Shown here one piece after another: positions 11,185-24,668 of a stretch of 64,000 bases of DNA (the first letter of the stretch is position 1; each line of letters starts with the position of its first letter). The stretch spans positions 40,798,001-40,862,000 of the forward strand of contig NC_087251.1 in NCBI RefSeq assembly GCF_037042905.1. Reading direction: 5' to 3'. Source of the stretch: Lytechinus pictus (lineage: Eukaryota). Below the pieces are notes generated by a model. The model had not been told where the DNA came from and searched no databases. It saw nothing but the letters and a program-made list of their open reading frames with translations. Position numbers and translations under genes: made by a program.

Positions 11185-13489
11185 GTTAGCTTCTTACAAA
11201 CATCATCAATTATCATGCACTCAAATGTTTTTTTTTCCATGTTTCATCTCATAATGCACATCACATTACAATTAAGTACTTCTAAAGCATATTCATTATA
11301 ACCTCCAAAAACGAATGTTAAGGGATGTAATTACAATGTCTAATATTCACTATCTCATTCAAGGGTGCCAGTATTAATGATGGTACATGTATGTACTTGC
11401 TGTTGCGTCATATTTAGGTAACCTGAAATTAATATAGTTGCTAACAACAGAATGAGAAAAGAATATCAGCTTGCGTAAATTTCAAAATTCAATTCAAATT
11501 TTATTTTCTTATTGATTGTGATATTTGTATATGATACAGATAAATTACTAACATTTATCACCATGATGATTGACCATCTGTAAAATGAGATTGATGAAGA
11601 ATGCATTTAAAGATGCTATGTTTTATTACATCCCTCAATCATTTTATTATACACAGTAATTATTTCTTCATTTATATATTTAAAAAAAAATAGTATGCTA
11701 AGGGAATATGTAGCATCCCTAGCCCAAGTAGAGATAACATTCTTGGCTGTTGGTCATTGTAAAATGCACTACTTTGTAATTTTTTTTCCAGAAATTTTAG
11801 AATCCATTTCCTTTATTTATAGTGCTATACATATTAACTAGTCCCTTCATCCTGTAAACATTTTTGGTTTTTTCTTCCCACTAAACTTCAAAGCTTGTTT
11901 TACAAAACTGCCTACTTTTAGATTAAGCTTTCTTAGATGGATGCAAAAATAGAGAAACAATTTTATACATAAAGTGTGAGAGGTTCCTTAGCAAAAAGTA
12001 AAGCAAATCCTGAGTTTGTTGAAGTTGGAGTCAGTTAATCACAAATTGACTCAGGGACACGTATGATATGCAAATGCACCTGAACCTTTCCCATTCACTC
12101 TAGCAAGCAAAATCAGATGTTATTTCCCGATAATTACAAATCTTAAATGCTCTATGAGAATCATTGTTGCAAATATAAATGATGATTCATTTGAAAAGAA
12201 TAATATATTACCAAATTTGATCAAATGTTATTCTTTGAGTTCATATGATTGCTCACAAGATATATTTCATAATTCCTAATTCATGTGTTACTGATTATTA
12301 TTTGAGTTAGAATCATGATATAAAAAGAAACCTTCTTACTATTAAGCTTCTTTTAGAACATCACTTTAATTCCCCGCTCAAAGTTCATTGAGTACCATCC
12401 ACAAGCAATATGAAGTTTGGTGCATTTTATGTAAAAGTCTGGATTACACTTGGTGTTAATATAACCTACATATTATTTTTTTTATAAATACAGTCAGGAG
12501 TATGAGGCAATTCACAGTCACATTACCAAGTGTTTAGCTATAGATGTAAAAAACACATTAAATTCATTTCATCTTTTGGGGATTCATTTGTGCAACTGCT
12601 TCATGTGTTTTATCTTCCATTCTGCTGTGATCGTATATATGCACAGATTTCCACAAAATAAGAGGTACAAATAACAACTTCGAACAACATTTGTTATTGT
12701 TTTGGTTATTCTTCAAATAATAGTAAAACTATGATGTTATCATCCACATGCTTCTTTATGTGCCACCCATATTTATCCTATAATCATTAATTTCATTGGA
12801 ATATCTGAAAAATTTAATTGATATGGTATGTAGGGAGAGGTATTCCATTCTTTGAAGTGTATCTGTCTGTTTAACCTTGAATCACTTGAGGTATATTTTT
12901 TATTCTAACTCTATCATTTGCCTGTTGTTTTCTGTGGGATTTTTACTTGGGGTAATGCTTCATATCCAAGGTTTGTTTTTCTGTCATTATGTTGTGTGTT
13001 GATATATGTGATATGCCAGTAGAGCTGGTCGATATTTGATTTCAATGTGCAATAGGGTTCTCCATGATTTTTTGCATTTATACATATTTATTGTCAGCGA
13101 ATTTTCACAAAGTAAGGAAGTTTGTGCGAGTGTAATGTCACAATTACTGTAATGTAGTGATTGTACATGGAACGTTCCTGTGTTATCATTGATGCTCCCA
13201 ACTAGATATGAACGATCCCAACACAACATTACTTTGACTATTTCAACCCAATGAGGGTTTGAATCTATGTTTAAACAGTGGATCACACAGGATGACTTCC
13301 GAAGTTGTGATGTTTCATGCTAGGCCGCTTGCTTAGCATGATTTTTACCTCGCATTTACCTCACATTCGAGCTTTGTCCTTTGTGCCAAGAGCATTTAGA
13401 TATATGCAGTGGACAAGGGTCTACACATGGTAAACGTCAAGTAAATGTGAGCTAACAAAACAGGGTATAAGATTTTTTTTTTTAACCAT

Positions 13490-13890
13490 AGGGCCGTCTG
13501 CACCATCCCAAGTTTTCAAATTAGCGCGCTATTTCTGATCTGGCAAATTATCCCGATCTGAACAATCTCGAGATTATTTGCAATGGAGACGTAATTATCG
13601 CGCTAGTTCGTAGGATTAATCTCGAGATTCCAATCCCAAGTCAACTTGGGATTATTTGCAAAATAGCGCGCTATTTTACGAATTATCGCGCTAATTCGTA
13701 GGTGCAGACGCAATCGGGATTATTTATTCACGGCGTCAGACCATAATGCATCAATGCCTCGCTCGAGCAGGAATCGCTCTTCTTGCGATGGTGGAGACGG
13801 GGTTTCTTGAATCTCGAGATTAATCGCGAAGAGGGCCAATCGGGCTAAAATCTCGAGATTGAGCAAACTCGGGATGGTGCAGCACCGCCT
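13490..13890. mobile_element. Harbinger-like MITE with internal palindromes
   Basis: TIR AGGGCCGTCTGCACCATCCC / GGGATGGTGCAGCACCGCCT, CAT TSD, repeated AATCTCGAGATT and TAGCGCGCTA palindromes. Confidence 0.85.
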
Positions 13891-16877
13891 CATGAAAGCT
13901 GTAAGATTTATTCTTGGTTTTAAAAGGAAGCTTAGATGGGATAATGATTTATCTTTCTGTATTGCCAAGCAGCTGGCTAAGATTGAATCTATGTACTTGC
14001 ATTGTCTGCTTTCTGAAATCCCTTGTTAACCATAATCAACATTCTACATAAATCACTTGAGAAGAATGTACAAGGAGAAGAAGAAGAGAGAGAGAATGGA
14101 AAGGAAGGATATGAAAGATGTAAATTGGAGTGGAGACTCTTCACAAGTATGAACTTGCTCTGATTTGACAGAGTTTTCTTTGTACCCTAGTATGCTCATT
14201 TCTGTTTCGGACTAAGGCCACTCACTCCACTGGAGTTTATATTAGTTAATTCATTTTTTTTTTCATTGTATGTGTGCTTATGTTTCACAAAATTGGGTTA
14301 TGTTTTTTTCTTCTCTACCAAGATTCATTTTTCAAGATTGAGTCTCAAATAAGTTCAAAATTTGATCTAAACTAGAATTTGATTGACACATTCCTTTAAT
14401 TGGAAAAATTCTTTGTTTTGCAAATGTAAACATCACCAGAATGTAATCTTAATATAACCTGATCAGACTCGTTTTATTATCTTGCCTGCATAGTAGAGCG
14501 AGACTATATTGGCACAGCTTTTCTGACGACAAAGGTGACATCAATATTTATGTTTTAACCATAGTTAAATTTTGAAATGTCATCATAACTTAGAAAGTAT
14601 CTCGGCCTATTTCATGAAACTTGGACATATCGCTGGTCATGTTGTCAATATTTTTCGTCTTATTTGATAAAGTCAGCATTGCTGGTATAATGAATCAGGT
14701 AATGTAGCCGAGACTGACAGAGGCATTCCATTTGTTTGAAAAGAAGACTGTATGTGTTGTGAAAATGTGTTATCTCCTCTACTTTGGATATCAGGGAAGT
14801 TTTCAGAAGTTAATTTGTTCTGAGCCAATCAGATGCAAGGATTTCAGTAGCTTGTAACAGTTGTCAGTGAAAATCACTGATTATTTGCTTCATGCAATGC
14901 TCCACAGAAGTAGGGGGGAAAATACATGAGATGCGGTAAGAGCATTGTGTCTACACATATGTCAAGAATATCGGCCTTGTAAACACAAGAAAGGATAAAC
15001 AACATTCCTAATGAGTTCCTCCAACCAACATCTGCCCACTCTGTGAAGTTTTCAAATGTCAAATTGAATTTATAGTAGACCTACATGTACATATGGATCA
15101 ATGGAACAGCCACACCAACGAATCTAACTCCCGATCAATCAAAGCTATTACATTATTATGATGACATATTTTCAGTCAGTGTGGACTTGGTTTCATTGAT
15201 GTGCCTATTATATAGTCGGAGAAAAGAATGATAGATTTGTGTCAGTGAATGGGGTGAAAGTAATGCTTCCAAATCCTAAAGCAAATTGCGCAGTTGGGAG
15301 TGTGGAATATATAATGATATATATCTTCATGTGTGAAAAGTGAATTTGACTCGGTATGCAAAGGTTGTGCCATTAGACATTCCCCGACAGTTTATAGATA
15401 GTATTTATACCTACAGTGAGAATTACATGTAGACGTGACAGGCTGCGAGTGATATGAATATATGTCTATAAAGTCGATAGGAAACAGTGAAAAATAAAAA
15501 GTGCAAAAAAGTACACCCTGCAAAGCTTAAAGTCTCCAACTTTTGGATTAGAGATTTGGTTTTCAATCTTGAGTTCCCCCCAAAAGACAACATTGTACCC
15601 TAAAATGGAGAATTGCCCAACTAAATTCACATGTTTGACTTATGTTATGGCTTGATGGAGAGTCAGTTTATCCATTAGGTTATTTACAACAAGAATACAC
15701 CCTTTTCATTTGAATTTGATGCAAGAAATACATGTGTTGCTTTATTCAATAGGGGAAAGGTATAGTCAAAGTGTATCGGATAGAGGCTTATATTGCTCCA
15801 CAAAGTTCAGTGACTTTCTAGTTATTACATGTTTAACTTCTTTAAAAGCATATTGTTTGCAAAAAATTATGAATCTTGTTCAATTCACTCTAAAGTTATT
15901 ATTTTCTTTTTTGGAAAATAGTGGATAGTGGATAATGCCATTGTCCTTAACTGACTTCAAATAATCTTGTTAGAATGTGATTTGTTTATAAGTAGACATC
16001 CTGAATATGTATTTCAAGTTGATAATATGGTGGCCACCTGTTCAGTGACTTATTCCAGTGTGTTCATGGTGAGATTTGAACTTGTAAACCTTACTTTAAA
16101 CCCCAAGGCAGTTGATAAAACAATCCACATCACCCCCAACTCACACACCATAGTCACAACAGCAAAGCCGTTTCCTGACCAACCATATCTATTACTCTGT
16201 TTCCAATGATATACCGCTGGTTGGTTAGGAATCAGTATCGTAGGTATGACTGGGGCAATTGCTTTCAATTGTGAATAGAAATCATGAAATTGGGATTAAA
16301 TTTGTGTAGTTTCGGAATAATCAACAGTGAGTTTGAACTTCAATTACTTGGTTGTCTTGTGACCCAAATAGGTCATTTCTTGTAAGAGAGGAAAGTGTTT
16401 CTCTGAAATTACATTGGATGGAATCATGAAGACAAATTAGATTACAAGTACAAACATTTGTGAGTTGTAATGGCTTCATATGAAATATCACTCTCTGTTT
16501 TACAAAAACTCAAGCCTTCTGTCTTTTTTTGCCTATGATAAAAAAAAAACATTTTGTAGTCTTTTAATAAATGAAATTTGCATATGCTTTGAAAAATTAT
16601 TATGTATGGATTTGCTTTGAAATGGTATTTGAATCTATACTGCTGTACCATTTTCTTTTAAATTTAAAAAAAAATGTACTTGTAACATTTCATATTTAAC
16701 ATTTCATATTTAGCAGTGTTGATATTAAGTTTGTAAGAGTTTCAGCCATACTTGTTACTTTAGAATAGATTTCATACCCTTCTTAGAAAGAACATAATAA
16801 TTGAGGTTTAAAAGAAGGCAAAAAATTTCTCTTACTCTCTAAATGCAAAAGAGGTCATTTGAAATTATTTGAATTTT

Positions 16878-17113
16878 ATTCACGAGTCAACTGTTTGAAT
16901 TAATGAGTCCACTCTTCAACCAGTAGATTCATGAATTAAATAGTGTACTTAACCATGGCAACAGGCATCAATTTGGTGCACTGTGACAAAATCGTGCATC
17001 AGCATTGGGCATTTTTCAATATATGTGGAAAATAAGCTTAATTTATACAGGAAATCTGTATAAACCATGGGTTCAACCGATGGTTTTAAAAACCACCTTC
17101 TTGAATTCGGGCC
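16878..17113. mobile_element. MITE family member, inverse of 5715-5946
   Basis: Ends in ..GAATTCGGGCC; reverse-complement match to the 5.7-kb copy. Confidence 0.7.
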
Positions 17114-19335
17114 TATGAATTGCCATTCGTTATAGTCAAACTGCGCATACATGCCTTTTTGGCGAGCAATTCTGAGATTTGCAGGAAGTGTGCATAACAT
17201 ATTCGTGAGCTATTCGTGAACTAGTCGTGTACTAGTCATGAACTACTCATAAAATGCATGCCACTCGTGCCATTGCACGGCTTGGCCCAACGAGGTTGCG
17301 CAAAATTTACAAATAGTTCACGCCAACAATCCCCAAAATTTGTCATGCCAGGATTTTAGAAATGCTAAAATTTTGGCACAACACTTCAAGCATTGTTTCC
17401 CACTGGCCCGCACACTTCTCGACATGGAACAACGTGGAACTATTCGATATGTGAACCAGTGGTAAACTATTCGGGTCCCAAAATCATGCGAGTGTCCTAG
17501 CAAAATAATGTTTTATGAATAATCTTAACTGGAACAAAAGAAAATGTGGTGTTAGTAATATCAATCACACTTCTTGATAAGATCATATGATAAAGGCTTA
17601 CTCCATTTGACATTTACCAATTAGACACCCACATTTTTCCAACTACAAATCTCTGTTGTTCATGGTTAAGTCATCCAAAAGCAATTGAAACTAATTAGCA
17701 GCATAGAAACAAATCAACCTGCTGAGATCAGTAAAGGTATGATTAGTTTGGAATGAATAACTGTTGAAAGTTATGTTTGTAAGGTAGGATATACCACATA
17801 CTGTTTCATTTGATCCATTTTACCAAATCCACCCACATCTCTATTGCTTTTTGTTATTGACATAAAATTCTAATTTATATCATAATGATGCATTTTATTG
17901 GTACCCGTGGTTAGAATGGTTCCGTGATTAAGTATATTGTCGTGAACAACAAAATGTGAAATGTTAATATTTGTTAGGAGTCATACTTAGTACCATTTAG
18001 AGATATACTATTTTATTATGTGCATCCTTTATTAGTTTTCTATGGCATATTTATAGACATTTCATGAAGCACCAGACCTCTTCCACCCACGTATTAACCT
18101 TCCTAAACCATCAAGAGTCTCTCATCAATTTCATTAATTAGTCAAAGAAATTAAATCATAAGAATATTTGGTGCACCTGTAACCACTGACAAAAAAAACA
18201 TTTTGAGAAGTGAAGAGTATAGGATTCCAAGGCTGGTTCATTCATAAAAACTTGCTCTACCGTGAAGCTAGTCAGTCTTGCAAGCATTCACCAGCAGTCA
18301 ATTGAATCAAGCATGCGTAGCCACTGTCTCCCCCGCCTTTCTACTATCACGGTCCCATTCTCACTGATGAAGTTTTCGCGCTGTATCAAAGAAAATGTGT
18401 TTTCATATGACTCATCACTCCAATCTGTCACTCATCTATGTGTCCTTTTTGTTGCCTGAGACAGGTTGCTATATGATATCAATCCTTGTCATATGGAGTT
18501 AGATTCTAACAGTACCATTTGTAAAATGTCATGCATGCAATTTATCAACGTTTAGATTATTTTGCTGTGGAAAAAAAATCAGTAAACCATGAAATGAAGG
18601 GATTAACATTGCAGAGAATATGTTGTAAAATGGTTGAAAGGAAAGCTGAATATGATTTATCTTGACATTTTAAAAAGTGTATTGAATAAATATTCATGTA
18701 ACACTGGGCATATCGTGTCTATCTTTTACCCTTACCAATGGGTCACTCACTACATTGAAAAAAAAGAAATTGAAAAGGGTCTGTTCTCAGCCTGAAAGCT
18801 TAAGTCTCCTCTATATACCAAAGGATACCTTCATGGCATATTCATTGTGATAAGTCCCATCCTGATGAATGGAGTTTACAATTAAAGTAACTTTACCATC
18901 CAATGGCAACTACCATAAATAAATACTCGACTGACAATGAAAGTTAGAGATTTCAATTAAGGTACCATATAATGGCATAATGGTAACTTAATGCTAATGG
19001 TGCGGGTATGGTTGATATGGGTCAGACCGCCTAGGGAGCATTTCATGAAGACTTCTGTCAGTAATTTTCACTGATTAATTAGCTCTCAGCCAATCAGATG
19101 CAAGGATTTACAGCAGCTTTTAACATTTGTCAGTGAAAATCAATGTCAAATCTTTTCATGAAACGTTCCTCGGTTCTCCCAGGGCTGTAATATAAATCAG
19201 AAAGTTTGTCAAGACTTCGAATCAAGAGCGGGAGGGAGAGACGGGCGGAATGGATTAATGTATCATTTTCTACATGTATGTTGACAAGATCTTCTTGAAC
19301 CCCAAAAAAGGCATGCTTGGGAACTAGTCAATAAG

Positions 19336-19492
19336 AATGGCAATGTGAACACCCTTTGTGTTCAGATACCCATTCATGCAAGATCACAACTTCATATCCA
19401 GCATTGAGTATCTACTCAATGGCAGTGTGAACACCCTTTGTTATCAGGTACCCATTCATGCAAGATGCACAACTTCATATCCAGCATTGAGT
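19336..19492. repeat. ~82-bp direct tandem duplication
   Basis: AATGGCA(A/G)TGTGAACACCCTTTG..CCAGCATTGAGT occurs twice, starting at 19336 and 19418. Confidence 0.9.
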
Positions 19493-19550
19493 CATCCAAG
19501 TCATTACATCTGTCTTTCTCTTCTTATTAATTCATCTCATCATCTCACAG

Positions 19551-19781
19551 GTGCCAGCAATACTGCTACCGCCGGCGATGGATACCACCACCACCTCCAC
19601 CAGCAGCAGCATCCCATGACGTCATCACAACCATCTCCATCACTCCCCAAACGCCCCCACTCATCCACGCCCAATACCGCTGAGGCTCGATACGCATCGT
19701 CAGCAGACGGTGCCGTACAGGTCTACAGCTCGAGGTATAATCGCCAACGACCGTACTCTGCCAAAGCTGGATTCGATTCAG
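19551..19781 (+). CDS. TTLL5: TTLL5 exon (GASNTATAG..VQVYSSRYNRQRPYSAKAGFDS)
   Basis: ctcacag acceptor, CAG|gtactc donor, phase 1-1. RPYSAKAG resembles TTLL5 RPSSAKAG. Confidence 0.9.
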
Positions 19782-20302
19782 GTACTCGTCCTTTTCATTC
19801 CATTCCATTTCATTGTCTTCCTAGAAAAGGAAAAGGAAAAAAAAAATGCTCTGTTTAAATGGTGAATGGTTGTGGACTTGTGATAAAATTAGCTGCCTAT
19901 TAATACGAGATGGGTTATAATGTGCATTTTGAAGTCAGATCGATCGCAGAGTTTTAGAATATTATGAAAGCCCAAGCATTGCCTAATATCTATCATTTAC
20001 ACAGACATACCTTTTTTTATGAGAAAATTGATGTATAATCAGATACTTGTATTATATGATATAATATAATATATTAGATATTGTTTTATTAAAACAATAT
20101 TTGCCCATGGCTAAAAAATATAACATTTCCTACATGTATGTGCTGTTTAAATCTATGAATGTATATAAAAGCTGTTGCTCACTTTAGACATTATTATTAT
20201 GTAATTTCCAGTATGCAATCACTAGAAGCATGCCACCCCCCCCCCCCTTTTAAGCAGCTTGTAATGCATGAGCACCCCACCCTACCTTACCTTATATTTC
20301 AG

Positions 20303-20374
20303 GGGATGGTAGATCTTCACTGGGGAGACCTAACTCTGCTGTTGTCTACAGAGACTCTTCAGGAGGACAAATAG
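20303..20374 (+). CDS. TTLL5: 72-nt symmetric exon (GDGRSSLGRPNSAVVYRDSSGGQI)
   Basis: atatttcag acceptor, TAG|gtattg donor, phase 1-1, open frame. Confidence 0.8.
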   Translation, partial: GMVDLHWGDLTLLLSTETLQEDK

Positions 20375-20482
20375 GTATTGCATTTTGCTTTCTCATTTCT
20401 GTCAAGTTTTACCTGAGATTGGTGTTCTATGGTCAGTTTTGGTCACCTTGTCCTGCATTCATCTTTAATGTCTCTTTTCTCT

Positions 20483-21362
20483 GGCCTGTATTCTGAAGTC
20501 AGGTTTAACTTAGACCGTGGTCCAACTCTGCTCAAATTATAGGTAGCCAAAAATTCAAAAAATCTGTTGTATATTTCTCATGTTTACTATTTTGTTTCCT
20601 TTTGCTTTCATAATAAAGAAAAATGCTTCAGTTATCATTTCCAAACAATTATGAACAATTTGATGTGTACTGTTAGGGATTTGTGCCCCAATTGGCTCTC
20701 CATATTTAAACCACTACTAAAAACCAGGGTTTAAAGGTCAAGTCCACCCCAGAAAATTATTGATTTGAATCGAAAGAGAAAAATCAAACAAACTTAACGC
20801 TGCAAATTTCATCAAAATCGGATGTAAAATAAGAAAGTTTTGACATTTTAAAGTTTCGCTTATTTTTCACAAAATAGTTAAATGCACAACTCAGTGATAT
20901 GCAAATGAGAGAGTCGATGATGTCCATCACTCACTAAATTTTTGTTTTTTATTGTTTGAATAATCCAATATTTCAATTTTTACAGATTTGACAATAAGGA
21001 CCGACTTAAATTAACCATAAACTGTTAAAATAATGGTAATTCCATATGTTTAGGGAGAAATAAAACTTTGTTTCACTTGACAAGGAGGAGAAAATTAGAA
21101 AATTTCATTTAATAAAATACAAAAGAAATAGTGAGTGGGTGACGTCATCAGTCTGCCAATTTGCATACCGATCAGGATGTGCATATAACTGTTTTTGTGA
21201 AATTAAGTGAAACTTTAAAACGTCATAACTTTCTTATTTTACATCCGATTTTGATGAAATTTTCAGTGTTTTGCTTGTTGGATTTTTCTCCTTTTTTTCA
21301 AACCAACTTTTTGTTGGGGTGGACTTGTCCTTTAATTTAAACCCAAGTTCAGAATACGGGCC
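20483..21362. mobile_element. Harbinger-like MITE hosting a nested Kolobok-like element
   Basis: TIR GGCCTGTATTCTGAA / TTCAGAATACGGGCC with TCT TSD. Confidence 0.82.
20735..21331 (+). mobile_element. ~600-bp Kolobok-like MITE, family A copy 1
   Basis: TTAA|AGGTCAAGTCCACCCC..GGGGTGGACTTGTCCT|TTAA. A TTAA TSD with AG termini is the Kolobok pattern (piggyBac starts CC). Confidence 0.88.
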
Positions 21363-21628
21363 TCTGTGTTAAGTTTTCGTCTTCTTTCTTTTGTCAGTTA
21401 TACTCACTTTCTCTGTGATTCTATCTATTTGCTCCTAATCTCTCTTTTTCTTTCTCTATCACACACCCATGTACACCACCTCCTCTTGCCTTTAGTCTAC
21501 TAAAATTGGGTGATAGTTTTATATTGAATGCACTTTTCTGTATTATGTAATAATTTCTTTTATGTTGATGCTTTAAGGTAATATTTTATGAATCAAAGAG
21601 AAAAAAAAATGCTTTAAATAATTTTGTT

Positions 21629-21770
21629 GGGGCGTCATGGTCTAGAGGTCATGACTCTCATCTTTCAATCTGTGGGACGTGGATTCAATTCCCAGCCATG
21701 GCGCATTTCTCAGCAAGAAATTTACCAAAAGAGCGCTTTAAAAATCCAGCTGTTGTTATTATTCTTATTA
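21629..21770 (+). mobile_element. Short, internally deleted tRNA-derived SINE
   Basis: GGCGTCATGGTCTAGAGG..GGATTCAATTCCCAGCCATGGC head related to the two copies above; TTA-type tail. Confidence 0.7.
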
Positions 21771-22822
21771 TAAATATCAAGTAATTTCTGAGTGTGTGAT
21801 TTGTCATATGATATACACAAAATTAGCATAAGAGTCGGTATTCTTTGAACTATTCTCATTTTTGTTGTCGGTCAAACTATGACTGAACACATGTAAGTCA
21901 TCTCTAGGAATCATTTTTGGCAATTCCTATTTCAAATATTGGGTGCTGGCGCCGCACAGTGGCTGTCGAGCCCCACGATCAATTGGGCATAAAGAATTTT
22001 CAAAGTATTTTCATTTCAGACCAGAAAATGTGGATTTTTTTTCATACTCTCCCATTCTTACCTTCAAATGCAGATATTGACCATAGACGTATGTATAAAA
22101 GTATGCTCTTTTGCAAATTCACAAATGCTTGTTTGTCATGTGTGCATGCTGCAAATGATTGAAAAACAACTCTTTTATTTTTTTATTTCACAAAAAAATT
22201 ATAGAATAGTGTATAAGTTTGCACAATGTGATATTAGGCTTTTTAACTAGGTTTATAATGATAATTGATGTACAGTAGTTATTGATTATTTTCATTACTA
22301 AAAGTTGAAATTATCCAAAACATGTTTTTTTTTATTTATATGTTTTATTGGGTCAACACAGACCACGTATAAACAAAAATAACAAACCAAACATAATGAA
22401 ACTATTTACAAGTAATCATAACATCATTAGAAAAAAACCAAAATATATAAATGATAATAATAATAAAAAAAAACTAAAAAAAAACATGGTTTTATTGTAT
22501 CCAGTGTATTTTCAATACATATATCAACTATTAAATTATATGGATAAGAGTTCAATTCGTTTATAGAATTGTGTGTTAGTGTTGGGGTTTACTCCATACA
22601 TGTTAAATCTTGCCCAATGTTGCAGATTTAGGTAGTAAGTTGTAAAAATACGCCCCAGAAAAAAAAACATTTTTTGCTTGGTACTGTTTACACAGGCTGT
22701 GGGTATTACCATATGAATCAATTATGAAAGATTATTGTGTGAAGTGGTAGCTTATGATACAGTTTGGATTTGTTTAGATGAATGCATGAAATAAATCACA
22801 CAAATATTGGATTTTTATATAA

Positions 22823-23378
22823 AGGACAAGTCCACCTCAACAAAAAGTTGATTTTAATAAGAAGAGCAATTTGTCAAAATTGGATGTCAAATAAGAAAGT
22901 TATGATATTTTGAAGTTTCTCTTAATTTCACAAACCAGTTATATGCACATCCTGGTCCGTATGCAAATGAGGTGACTGATGACATCACTCACTATTCGTT
23001 TTGTATTTTATTACATGAAATACGAAGTATTTTAATTTTCTTATTGTCCTGTGAAACAAAGTTTTATTCCTCCCTGAACATATGGAATTACCAATGTTTT
23101 AACATTTAATGGTTTACTTCAGACAAGTTGCTCTTGATTGTCACATCGCTAAAAATTGAAAATTTGTATAATTCAAACAAAAAACAAAAGAAAAAGTGAG
23201 TGAGGGACAGCATCGACTCTCTCATTTGCATATCACTGATTTGTGGAAAATAAGCAAAAGTTTAGAATGTCATAACTCTCTTATTTTACATCCGATTTTG
23301 ATGAAATTTTCAGTGTTGTGCTTGTTTGAATTTTCTCTTTTTATTCATATCAACATTTTTCTGGGGTGGACTTCACCT
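22823..23378 (-). mobile_element. Kolobok-like MITE, family A copy 2 (opposite orientation)
   Basis: AGGACAAGTCCACC..CTGGGGTGGACTTCACCT with degenerate ATAA/CTAA flanks. Confidence 0.85.
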
Positions 23379-23452
23379 CTAAGAGCAGGTGTATCTTGGG
23401 GGAAAAGGAATAGCATTCAGGGAAAACGCTCAATGCTTTCATACTCACCTAA

Positions 23453-23920
23453 TATGCTTTTCACACTGCACTTTTTTCCCTTAACCCCAGGAAATTGGTG
23501 GGGCTAAGGGGGTCTTAGCCCCACCAATTTCCCTGGGGTTAAGCTTAGCCACTTCGTTTTCACACTACATTTTAGCAAAGTGGGCTAGAACGGTAAATAG
23601 TACGGTACTATCTGGCCCTGCAAAAAAGCAGGGTTAACTGGCTTGTTGTGGTGCTAGCACCACAATTTGCGGCACTAAGAGATGCAGTGTGAAACGAAAC
23701 AGGGCTAAGGAAAAGTGGGGCTAAGCATTAGCCAATCACAGAAGTCGAAATTGCACATTAATCGCGCTCTGTATGGTAAAATCATCAATATTCATGAGCT
23801 GTGTGATAGACCGGGGTTAAGGCGTTAACCCCGGCTAAGCAAATAGAATGGGGTTAAGAATATTAAAAAAAGATAGTTGCAGATAGTCCGGGGTTAAGGA
23901 AATGCAGTGTGAAAAGCATA
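23453..23920. mobile_element. Harbinger-like MITE with TTAACCCC/GGGGCTAAG subrepeats, apparently nested in a related older element (~23434-24114)
   Basis: TIR TATGCTTTTCACACTGCA / TGCAGTGTGAAAAGCATA; TAA/CAA flanks. Confidence 0.78.
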
Positions 23921-24570
23921 CAAGAAAATACCAGATATTTTCAGAAAGGAATTTACCCAGGTGAAAAGAAAAAAAAATTGCCAGTGTAAAAGCAATATAT
24001 AATATGTAAAAAAAATATTCGCTAATTTATTGGTAATCTTTAAAGTTACAAGAACTTTAGCAGAGATTCCTCAGTTTTCTTGAAGTTTGCTTGGATCTTT
24101 GCAGTGTGAAAGCAAATTCATATTAAAAAAAATATTGAGCTATATGATGCAAGAAGAGTACTCATTCTCTGTTACTGACTCAGAAGCAAAGGTGATTGCT
24201 GTAGTTTAGACTGATGTGAATACACAACCCATTGCATTCAAGGTCACAAGGGCTTCTTGTAATATTTGTTATTATTTTTTTTAAACCTTTTGCTGCTCTA
24301 ATAAAAGTATTGATTTGGGCACATGCCCCCTTGGCCCCTATATAGCTACCCAAGATACGCCACAGTTACCTTTGCTGTTGTTTTATTATCAGCTCTAATG
24401 CTTCATGTTGCATTTTACTTCTCAGCCATTTCTACTTGGTTCATTTCTCACAGCATCTTTCTAATCAAAATTATAGCACATAATTTTACACACAAAAAGA
24501 ACATGTACACACGTTGGTATCAATGATGCATAAAGCATTTTCATCTATATGATGCAAGATTAAAGGGCTT

Positions 24571-24668
24571 TGTAGATAAAATTGCCTTGGTCAAGGGCCG
24601 TGCCGGGAATCGAACCCCGGACTTTAATGGTGTAGTCGGGCACCTTAGACCACTCTGCCACGGCACCT
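24571..24668 (-). mobile_element. tRNA-like SINE head (second family)
   Basis: Minus strand GGTGCCGTGGCAGAGTGGTCTAAGG..GGTTCGATTCCCGG has A and B boxes but no pairing anticodon stem, and continues into CCTTGACCAAGGCAATTT body sequence. Confidence 0.7.

Noticed and set aside
19782..19858. Read-through tail RKGKGKKKCSV resembling a polybasic prenylation signal
   Set aside because: Cys is at -3, not the CaaX -4 position; the lysines come from an A run; a good donor exists at 19782.
23196..23507. Recurrent 'LILHPILMKFSVLCLL' ORFs (also 43705, 48618, 51243)
   Set aside because: Chance frames in the Kolobok-like MITE arm, with frameshifts between copies.
24595..24668. Possible genuine tRNA gene
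   Set aside because: A and B boxes are present but the anticodon arm does not pair and the sequence runs into SINE body; treated as a SINE head.
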